Notes under the pieces: model-generated
The model's database searches: none
What the model saw: only the letters and a program-made list of their open reading frames with translations
Told to the model about the DNA's origin: nothing
Made by a program: the position numbers and the translations under genes
Assembly (NCBI RefSeq): GCF_001194135.2
Contig: NC_068984.1
Span: 53,310,067-53,346,578, forward strand
Length of the DNA stretch: 36,512 nucleotides
From: Octopus bimaculoides
Lineage: Eukaryota
Direction: 5' to 3'
Part shown: one piece after another, positions 22,729 to 32,612 of the stretch
How the letters are laid out: every line of letters starts with the position of its first letter
How positions within the stretch are numbered: the stretch's first letter is position 1

Positions 22729-22785
22729 CAGGGACCGGTTTCGAAATTTAACAATCTTACCGACTGTCTATTTCTCTTCAGCCTG
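22729..22785 (-). ncRNA. Minimal type I hammerhead ribozyme with complete catalytic consensus
   Basis: CAGG-CUGAAGA-GAAAU(a GACAGUC GGUAA GAUUGUU aa)AUUUC-GAA-ACCGGU-C-CCUG. All core bases present, G10.1-C11.1, extended helix II, palindromic helix III, GUC triplet. Confidence 0.8.
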
Positions 22786-23204
22786 ATTTGTAATGGAACC
22801 ATAATCATCAGAACCCCATACAAAGTTCTTTAGAACAAGCAACATTTTATAATAAAATACACTATTAGAAGAGAAGTTTTAACTATAAGCAGTGACAGTT
22901 AAGAACTAACATGCCCCTTACTCCATGTATGTGCTAATAAAAATATATTTGATTGTGTTATCTTACTCCTATACGTATAATAGGAAGAAAATTAACTCAG
23001 AAATATTCATGTACGATTTATTTCCCTTGAATTTAGCATTGTCATTGCCATTCTGGTCCGCTACCACCACAATGACCTCTGCCATTGAGCGTGTATATAT
23101 ATATAAGAGAGAGAAGCAAAGAAAAAAGAAAAAGAGAAAAGAAAGGAAAGAAGAAGAGAGAAAGGGAAGTGAAAAGGAAAAGTATGTGATTATTAAAATT
23201 TAAT

Positions 23205-24359
23205 AGAATCTACAGACATTATTTTATTGTTTTCTCAGTGTCTGATTTCAAACTGACGTCCATTCTGGTCCAGGCACTGCTGACAACGTGAAGCAATGGA
23301 ATCACGTTTGGTATTTGTGTGCATTCACATTCAATGGTTGCTTTCAAATCAGTGACTGTTGCAGGTTTCATAGCATAAATTTTGTCTTTTAGGTATCCCC
23401 GTAAAAAAATGTCTAGTGGTGTGAGGTCTGGTGAATGCAGAGTGTATTCAATGAAACCCCTTCGTCCAATCCACCTGTTTGGCAAGATCTCATCAAGGAA
23501 GTATCTAACATCGCGATGGTAGTGTTGGGTTACCCCAACTTGCTGAAAGTAAAACTCCTTGTCTTCAAAGTCTTCTCTAATGCTTGGCATGACAGACTGT
23601 TGCAGCAAGTAAATGAGACCTGTCACAGTAGCATCAGAAAAGAATGGTCCAATTAATCTTGATGATAAGCCACACCTCACTGTAACTCCTGGTAATTTAA
23701 CATGGTGTTCTACCATAACATACGGATTTTCAGGTCCCCAGTAGGTGCAACTGTGGTGATTAATTGAACCATTTAATTTGAATGTAGCTTCATCACTCTG
23801 CACAATCTTTTTTGGAAAGTGTGCATCTTCTACACATCATGCCAGGTACCACTCTCAATACTGTACTCTTCAGTCTGGATCATCGTCATTAATAGCATGG
23901 ACTAATCATGGAATGTAACTTAACATTGACAACACTTTAAAACACATTGGACAGACGACTTTGAAATACCTACATCATGACTCGCTCGCTGCATAGATTT
24001 TCTTGGACTTTGGTGATACGTTTCCAGCACTCCTTCTTGCTTTGTGGGTGTTGTTGATGTACGTGGTCTTCTGGAACATTTCTCATGGACATTCTGAACA
24101 GTTCCATTGGCTTCAAACTTATCTCTAATTTGAATGATGGTAAGTCTTGTTGGTGGATCTGTTTGAAGCTCCCTCCTAAACTGTCTTTGCACTTAAACTT
24201 CGTTTTTCACACTTCCAGTAGCATTTTAGAAAGAATTTCTTTTGTTCAAAGCTTAGTTTGACTGCCATCATTAATTCCAATGGGTTTAATCTGGAAAGAA
24301 AAAAACAATAATTGAGTTATCAGCTGCTAAAGTATGTGTACATTTTTTGGGACACCCTG
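23205..24359 (-). mobile_element. Tc1/mariner-superfamily transposon relic (DUF4817-type HTH plus DDE; maT/DD37D-like), 3' TIR lost
   Basis: TIR TA-CAGGGTGTCCCAAAAAATGTACACA at the right end. ORFs: IRDKFEANGTV..GRPRTS-like; [10 protein letters not shown]; FQQVG (D to V); [20 protein letters not shown]. Confidence 0.9.
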
Positions 24360-24547
24360 TATATATACATATATATATAATTCAAATAAGTTATTAACTA
24401 TTTTAAAAAAAAATGATGAAGTAGCCAGCAAACATAATCCAAATATGCAAAATATATATATATCAAAAGTCAGGATACCATATGTACATGTCCTCTTGTT
24501 GTCTGTAAATTTTATTAAATTTATTTGAATTGATCATTTAAATATAT

Positions 24548-25010
24548 CATCATCATCATCATCGTCGTTTAACGTCCGCTTTCCATGCTAGCATGGGTTG
24601 GACGATTTGACTGAGGACTGGTGAAACCAGATTGCTACGCCAGGCTCCAATCTGATTTGGCAGAGTTTCTACAGCTGGATACCCTTCCTAATGCCAACCA
24701 CTCAGAGAGTGTAGTGGGTGCTTTTTACATGCCATCGGCACGAAGGCCAATCAGGCGGTACTGGCAATGGCCACGCTCAAAATGGTGTATTTTATGTGCC
24801 ACCCGCACAAGAGCCAGTCCAGGGGCACTGGCAACGATCTCGCTTGAAAGTCCTTACACATGTTGCTGGCACAAGTGCCAGAAAGGCGACGCTGGGCACA
24901 GGTGCCATCACAATTTCACTTTCGCTTGCCCTAATAAGTCTTCACAAGCTGAGTTTCGTGTCCAATGAGGGAGACGACGTTGGCATGGGTGCCAGATGTC
25001 AAATTTAACT
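24548..25010 (-). mobile_element. RTE 3' UTR copy, CpG-rich
   Basis: (CAT)n-CGTTTAACGTCCGCTTTCCATGCTAGCATGGG, homologous to 4610-5060. Confidence 0.85.
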
Positions 25011-25044
25011 CAATTTCAATTTCACACACACACACACTCATATA

Positions 25045-25408
25045 GGTGCAGGCATGGCTGTATGGTAAGAAACTTGCTTCCCAACCACATGATTCCCGGT
25101 TCAGTACCACTGCATGGTACTTTGGGCAAGTGTCTTCTACTATAGCCCCAGGCCGACCAAAGCCTTGTGAGTTTACCAAATGGTAGACGGAAACTGAAAG
25201 AAGCCTGTTGAATACATGTACACACACACATTATCTATGTGCATGTGTTCGCCCCCACCCCACTGGTTGACAACCAGTACTGGTCTATTTACATGATAGT
25301 GGTTCAGCAAAAGAGACCAATAGAACAATTACCAGGCTTTAAAAAATACTTTCTTTGAGGCAGTGCCCCATCATTGCCTCAATCTAATGACTGAAAGAAG
25401 TAAAAGAT
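25045..25408 (+). mobile_element. tRNA-derived SINE, family A
   Basis: Homologous to 3381-3800. Confidence 0.9.
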
Positions 25409-25465
25409 ATATATATATACATATATATAAGCATATACATATGTATGTGTGTGTGTGTATTTATG

Positions 25466-25690
25466 AGGGCACATGGCCTAGTGGTTAGGGAGTTGCTTTC
25501 ACAATTGCGAGACCATGGTTTCAATTCCTGTGTTGTGTTCTTGAGCAAAACATTTCATTTCATGTTGCTCTGCCATCACTTCAGCATCAGACATTGTGTG
25601 AGTTAATTTCATGGAGGAGTGAGTTAATGTGCAGCACAAATATTTGATTACTATGAGCAAATTATTTGTACCAGTTGTTCAGCGAAAAAT
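25466..25690 (+). mobile_element. tRNA-derived SINE, family C-like
   Basis: GGGCACATGGCCTAGTGGTTAGG...GGTTTCAATTCC...TTCTTGAGCAAAACATTTC. Confidence 0.8.
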
Positions 25691-25964
25691 TACAGAACAG
25701 TTTTTCTTGGACTACGAGAGACTACCATCAATAATGGATATATGTAACCATTAATTCAGACATGCTTTTTTTCCTTTCTCCATTTTCTTTCCTCATTCCT
25801 TTCTATCAAAGAGTATAGACTCACAATGTCAAAGACCTTTCAATTTTTCCTGAGCATCAAACTGAGCCTTGTTTGTTGTTCCTTCACCTGTCTCTGTCTT
25901 TACATTGGAACCATATATATATATATATATATTGGTGGCAGTTAGTGTTAAAGCATATCTCTAG

Positions 25965-26390
25965 AAGAAGGTCACTGGTATAAAACTGGTTATGTAGGCA
26001 ATGGCATTTGTACATTTTGGGTATTTTTTGCTGGTACTTAAGATCATGGCACTCCCATATCCCTGATATTGTGACTCACATCAGCACTGGATATTTTGCA
26101 CTGGTTTGTTTCTGGATCATGTCAATAGGGTGGAGAGGATTTGTGAGGGATTGTGCAAGCCTTGTTAGAACTAAAATTGTAGGTTGCATGATCACTGGCA
26201 AGGCGACTTTCCTATGCCTGGTGAAGAGGGAGGGCACTGTGGTGAGTGTAGAAGACAGGGATGCAAGCCCAGGTGAAACCTTATGTACAGGTATTGCTGA
26301 TATGTTGCATGGGCAGTGGTCAGTGATAATCTCCTTCGGTCATAAGTGGACAGCCATTATACATATACACATGAATGAACAAAAAAAGTA
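25965..26390 (-). mobile_element. Possible Penelope-like element coding relic (RT thumb/linker region)
   Basis: Frameshifted FHLGLASLSSTL...LPVIMQPTILVLTRLAQSL weakly resembles the PLE motif YHPGL..I..IL...P.V.FRQPPNL..IL.R. Confidence 0.35.
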
Positions 26391-26439
26391 CACTCTTATA
26401 TANNNNNNNNNNNNNNNNNNNNNNNNNNNNNNNNNNNNN

Positions 26440-26482
<43 letters not shown>

Positions 26483-26486
26483 GGTA

Positions 26487-27377
26487 GGGGAGTGGTAACT
26501 GGGACAAAATGAGTAATATCTAATCTCTCCTTCTTTTGTCCCTATCTGTTTGAGATTATTACATTGCAAGTATTGCATTATCCATTTGTACTGTAGCATC
26601 ATCTTTAGGAATAAAAATTGGTCAGCATAGTTGGGAGAGTTTGGAACGTAATTTTTTTTTTTTTAAATTTTTCCTCAACTTTGATCTGATTGTAATTGAG
26701 GTTGCTAATAATATTGGAATAATTATGATGTTTACCAATCAATATTTTTTCCTCTGTTGGATTCCAAGTCATTTCTTTTTCCACAGTAAATTCTAAATCG
26801 ATAATTTTTGATTAAAAAAAAATGATGTCTAAATTGAGATAAAATGAATGATGACTAGTTTCAGTAATTTGTCCTCTTCCATTGCATGGTGCATAAATAC
26901 ACCTGGAAGGGAGCCACTCTAGGAGATCATGAAGAAGCCATAGAGAGTATTTTATGCTGAGGTTTTAGATTTAGTCAAGTTTCATTAATTTCATATCAAG
27001 TGCTTTTTTTCATGATCCTCTTTCATTTGACCTAGATATTTATATTTTTGTAGTATTTTTGGCCTTTCTGATGTCTAAGGATGGATATTGATGTGCATAA
27101 ATCTGTTTTCAAATGTAATTCTGGAGAACCGAAGAGGCAAAATTACCTTATCTTGGCTTACTCATTTTGTCCCATCTAAATTTGTCTTTTACACGCTCAA
27201 AAAGAACGGTGACAGTTTTCTGAAATAATGTTCAGTTTATGTTATGATGTTTTTAATATATTTAGAGGAGGTCATATGCTTAGCTGGTGTGGATTTTGCA
27301 GGGTTGTGAAAATTTGTTAAAAAATATGTTGTCTCAAATCAAAAACGCAGTAAAAAGTCCTCATTTTGTCCTCTCCC
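26487..27377. mobile_element. Non-autonomous TIR DNA transposon (pogo/Tc1-like MITE, TA target)
   Basis: TA-GGGGAG...GGGACAAAATGAG versus CTCATTTTGTCC-TCTCCC-TA. Extra internal copy TTACTCATTTTGTCCC at 27158-27173. Confidence 0.55.
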
Positions 27378-28134
27378 TATAGTCATATTTGCACCTGTAC
27401 AAATGAAGAATAATATAGAAACACTCACCTTCATTCGTTTTTTAATTGTTTCAATAAAATGTGATATTAACGTTTCTTATTCTACAGAAAAAATTTAAAT
27501 GTTTATGTGAACTCTCATTCACTCCTCTTCCTTCCTCATGCAAAAAAAATACTGAAAAAGTTTGTTTTTTTATCAAGGGGAACAACTCTATATTGAATAC
27601 AAAGTTTATATTAGTAGCTGTCATTAGTTGGGTATGAAATACCTTAAAGGAAATTATGTTTAATATTTTCATGAAGTGTACTAATCTCTATCCATTTATT
27701 TTCTTTTATATTATTAATAATTTCAATACCGCATTCAAAACTGATTGAGAATTTATCATTGATACAGATTCGAAATCGTTGAATTGATTGGAATCTGCAT
27801 AGTATTCTCCTTTTTATATGCCTCCTTATTCTTTGGTGCTAAATCTTAAACCTAATAACAACCTTTGCCCTTATAACAGCTAGGTATACTTTGTGATATC
27901 TCATGTTAAATGTGTGCTTATCATCGGTTTCCTACTAGCACCTCTCTTTGGAATTCGCATCCGTTCAGCTTGGGTTGGTACTAAACTATGTGTAAAGCAG
28001 CCCTTTACGCCACTAGGACATTCGTGATCACAACCAAAGCTCATTCCTTGGGAATTAACAAAGGAACAAACAAACAAAACACCTCCAATTCAGTCGGAGA
28101 CGATAACACTCTCAGTTCAGTAAACGAGAGGATA

Positions 28135-28560
28135 TTAGAACTGTGCTACTTTGCTCGGCAACCCGCTCACCTTTCCATTGGTAGCCAGTGTATTCTTTCT
28201 GCATTGGAGGGTCATCAGAGTGATCCACTTAGTTCTGTAATGTTTGCACTGGGCGTCGGTAGTATTGCTAGTCTGACTTCAGACTTGGATTTGAACGTCT
28301 GGTATCTTGGTGATTCATATTTTCAGGATCCCCAGTTGGGCTCTCGCTACAATGAAATTGATAAAGGAACATGATCTCATTGGTCTTGATGTTAATGTTT
28401 CTAAATGTGAACTTTGGACATTCGTATTCAGAACATTACACTATCGTACGTCTATTCACAGAGTTCCTCCCTTTCATCATTGTCCCTCTACCATGGACGG
28501 GAGTATCTCTGAGCTCCGATCTTCGATCCTGCTTTCGAACTCATCTTTCTTGCATTTTTT
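28135..28560 (+). mobile_element. CRE-like non-LTR retrotransposon RT fragment
   Basis: GHQSDPLSSVMFALGV..SLTSDLDLNVWYLGD and GLDVNVSKCELW resemble CRE RT motifs (GVQQGDPL..LLF; LNVWYLDD; GL.LN..KCE). Confidence 0.7.
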
Positions 28561-28904
28561 TTTAAAGATGTTAAAGCCTAAACAATTACTCAAAAATAAA
28601 TAAGACGGATGTACTGTGGTATCAACCGAACATCTGTTTTATTTATTTTTTAATATACTATAACTGATACATATTCATTGTACTAATAATAATTATAATC
28701 CTTTCTGCTATAGGCACGAGGTCTGAAACTGGATGAGGGGGCTAGTCTATTACGTCGAACCCAATGTTCAACAGGTGCTTATTTGGATCTTTATGATTTG
28801 ATGGGCAACACTTGTTTTCTTAACGAAACACTTTCAAACTTGGGACACTGGTAGAATGTGTCATATAAAACAACTTCTTCTCTTAACCTTCTTAACAAAA
28901 AATT

Positions 28905-29531
28905 GTACATCGCAAGTTATTTCATGTTAAAGTTGTCGTATTTCTGTAATTTCAACCAATCACTGACGTCTATTCAGCTGAATACAGTTAGTGCTGTTCA
29001 GTGTCAAGTGTGTTATTCCCTGTTTAATTATATCATTATTCCCTAGTAAGGGTTTAGGGTTTTTAGGGTTAGGGTTCGGGTTTTAAAGTTAGGGTTAGTT
29101 TTAGGATTACGGTTAGGGTTATGATTATTTTTGCCATAACCTTAACTCTAACCCTATAACTCATAACCNNNNNNNNNNNNNNNNNNNNNNNNNNNNNNNN
29201 NNNNNNNNNNNNNNNNNNNNNNNNNNNNNNNNNNNNNNNNNNNNNNNNNNNNNNNNNNNNNNNNNNNNAAACCCTAAAGCTAAAACCAGTACAAACGCAC
29301 GAACGATGTCATAAATAACAGTGAGAAACGAAATATATACTGCTGATAGTTGTTGTTGACAACGGATAGTTTTTGTTGACAAACAACGGCACTAATTTTA
29401 TTCAAGGGAAAAAATCCCGTAACACCGCTGTTCACATTCCACGGCGTAATTGTTTTCACCTCAATAGACGTCAGTGATTGGTTGAAATTACCGAAATACG
29501 ACAATTTTTTACATGAAATAACTTCGAATAC
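28905..29531. mobile_element. Foldback/MITE-like element with about 75-bp TIRs and internal head-to-head TTAGGG-like repeats
   Basis: AAGTTATTTCATGT...GTCGTATTTC..TAATTTCAACCAATCACTGACGTCTATT at left and its reverse complement at 29455-29530. TTAGGG-like units at 29046-29120, CCCTAA-like units at 29136-29290. Confidence 0.8.
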
Positions 29532-30204
29532 AAAATTTTTTTATCTGTTCTATAACACAAAATATACAAGTATTCGAAGTTTGAAAGTGTTTCGGTACCA
29601 AAAACACTACATAAAAAAATGTTGCCCGTCAAATCATAAGGATCCCTATACTCTGCCTTTTGTAACTAATAATATCCTGTTTTTGCTGTAATTTTCAGAA
29701 TAATTTCCGTGATCGTTTTCGTTGAACTTATCTATGATGTGAACACATTCCTTATGAAATTTGCGGCAATGATATGTTTTGTTTATGTGTTTTGATCCAT
29801 TATCACCATATTTATAACCTACTTTTCACTAAGAATTAATTCTTATTTAAAATCCCAATCAATAATTGCGATTTGGGTATATTCAGGTATTCCATAGTTA
29901 CATAAATTTAATTATAGTCAATACAGAATTGTTTCCCTTGATACCAAATATAATACTTCAACATTTCGTATGTTTGAGATGAGTTACTGTTAATACTATT
30001 AAAATCCTCGGATTATTAACTTCACCTTCGAAGAAATTTTTTTTTGTATATCATGTTTTGATTTGTTTGATCTCCGATTGTCACCAAATGGAACTTTAAA
30101 TATGAAAAAAAAAGTTTAATCTTGAAGCCGTTACTAATCTTATGAATTCTAGAAATTAAGTATATGCAACAATTCCCTGTAAATGATACTTATCACAGGA
30201 TATT

Positions 30205-30405
30205 AGTTTCAGATTTTAGCACAAGGCCAGCAAGTTCGTGGAGATTACATCGACCTCAGTGTTCAACTGGCACTTATTTTATCAACCCCGAAAGGATGAA
30301 AGGTAAAGTCGACCTCGATGAAATTTGAACTGAGAACATAAAGACAAACGAAATGCCACTAAGCATTTTGCCCAGCGTGTGAACGATTCTGCTGGTTCGT
30401 CTCCG
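30205..30405 (-). mobile_element. tRNA-derived SINE, family B
   Basis: Reverse of GAACCAGCAGAATCGTT...GCAAAATGCTTAG...CCTTTCGGGGTTGATAAAATAAGT; also at 32398 and 34868. Confidence 0.85.
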
Positions 30406-32397
30406 AACAGGATATTAAAATACATTGTATATTGATAATGATTGTTTTTTAAAAGTAAAATCATTGAAATAATATTAAGTCCTTTTTATAATGAATGCTC
30501 TCCCTCAGTTGTAGCCATCTTTTAAAGAAACATTTAAGTGTATGATTATCTTTATTTCATTTGGTAACTTGATCAGCACATAAAACACAGATATCCAAAT
30601 TACCATTGGGTAAAGACTTAAATATTTTATTTCCAATCATGAATCAATTGTAGGTGATGTATAGAACATCTTTCCCTGACATTGTTCGGTCACTTGTCTG
30701 TTAGTTTTCTTATGAATGACATGAGTTGCACAAATAGCTACAGCTGGATTAATAAGATTCATGAAATGGGATAGGGGAGTTAATAAAATTTCTACATTAT
30801 ATGTTTGAACAAATTTGCCTTTGTGTCTGCTTTTTATGCTTAAGAACTTTATTTGAAGAAACAGATGAGGCATTTTTAGAATTCAGACTGCAAAATGTCA
30901 AATATCCGGTACTGGATTGAATACATACAAATAAAATAACAATGCCATGAATAAACCAGCAAAGGAGTCCCTGTGTAGTCGCTCAACATGCTGGAAATAG
31001 CAGCCAAGTCTTCTTCAACTTACACTCCTTTGTCTACAAAAAGAAAGGGCACAATGAATTGTGGATTGTGAAGTTTGGAATACTTTTTATCATAGGTTTG
31101 TTCTAACAGGGCTGACCTGGGGGCTAAACGAAATATCATTTGCTTAGTATTTGTTAATGAGAGGGCAAGTGGAAATACTCGTGGTCATTTTAAGTTCTCA
31201 TAAAAATTTGTATTGAAACCATGCAGTAATTTGGTAATATATGACTGGAAGGGAAAAAAGATGTATTCTTGGTGAGGAAGGATCAGATAAACTGTTTTGT
31301 ATGTTGCCTGGAAGATGAAATGGAATGAAAACAACAAGTGATTTCCAAGGGTGCAAAGGGTTAAGAAGTTATTTGTAATATTGATATGAGAGGCTGAAAG
31401 GACACCCAAAATAATGGTGAGTCAATAGTTGTATGATGTTTATGTATGTACAACATTTTAAATAAGAATAGTTTTTAAAGATAATCAGTTGATCTAGGCT
31501 GAAATATTTTTGGTGGGGACAACTTGTCAATCCATTGTAATTGTGCTTCTTGGTGTGTAATGTTTGTTGAATGAAACAAAATTTCCAATTCCTCATTATA
31601 AAATTTGTTTTAGTCTCACTTCTTGGGGGACTTGCAAGCCAAGTATGAAATGTTGCAGTTGCTTGTGGGTGATGCTGGTGTGTAAAAGCAAGTTGGGAGA
31701 GATGCAAAAAATAGATGTAGAGTGTAAATAGGTTGATGTATGAAAAATTAGAGAGATAACTGACCTTTGTAATACCATTCTAGAACTGAGTTGACTTCTC
31801 AGAAACTTTACTGTTTGATTTGTACTGGTTATGAGATACCATATTCTTAGGAAGCTAAATAGATTCAATGGAAACAACTTTTCTTTACCCAAATTTTACA
31901 TGAACAAAAAAAAAAAAAAAATCCCATGGGTAATGTGGGACTGTAGACTTGAATGGAACTAAAAAGGGAAACAAAACTGTTAATCTGTACTTGTTTGCAC
32001 CAGGTTAGAGATGTTAGGTGTGAGAGTGATAAGCTGATGATTGGCAGAGCCAGAGTGATTACCTTTCTTCAGAAATGAAGTATTGCAGTTGTATATTTTC
32101 AAACTTTGGAGTATTTAAAAGGAAAGGGATATTGAAGAATTTAATGAATTCATCCAGTTCAGAAGCACACCTTTCCAAAGTTATCCTTGGGATGATATGA
32201 GGAGATACTTTGGATGATGTGTCACTTTGCCTTTGGGAATTTATCCAACTTAACAACTGGATTATGATGAAGGGAAGAATGGAGAAAAGATATGAAGTCC
32301 AAGGAACAGTAGCATGAGAAATACAACAAGCAGCAAATGAAGTTTTGGTTGCAGATGATCTCAGTAAAAGAGCTTTCATTACTTAATGGCAGGTAAA

Positions 32398-32612
32398 AGG
32401 TGGTTAGCTGGTAGAATCATTATCACACGGGGCAAAATGCTTAGCAACATTTTGTCTGTCTTTATATTCTGAGTACAAATTCTGCCAAGATTGACTTTAT
32501 CTTTCATTCTTTCTGGGTCGGTGAAATGAGTACCAGTTGAGCACTGGGGTTGATGTAATCGACTTACTCACTTCCCCAAAATTGCTGGTCTTGTGCCAAA
32601 ATTTGAAACCAA
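32398..32612 (+). mobile_element. tRNA-derived SINE, family B
   Basis: Homologous to 30205-30405 in the opposite orientation. Confidence 0.85.

Noticed and set aside
26008-26487. 159-aa plus-strand ORF
   Set aside because: Antisense to a probable decayed retroelement, runs through a gap into (GA)n, and has no family signal.
26598-27222. Exon-like segments (+ SSLGIKIGQHSWESLE; - KTVTVLFERVKDKFRWDKM with GTAAGC donor)
   Set aside because: Both lie inside the TIR element 26487-27377, and the donor overlaps its internal repeated motif GGGACAAAATGAGTAA.
29518-29530. ATAACTTCGAATA matches 12 of 13 bases of a loxP arm
   Set aside because: It is the end of a transposon TIR; the partner arm is about 600 bp away and diverged, with no 8-bp spacer geometry. 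Coincidence.
32030-32075. CTGATGA-TTGGC-AGA-GCCA-GAGT motif
   Set aside because: GAG instead of GAAA and no valid helix III.
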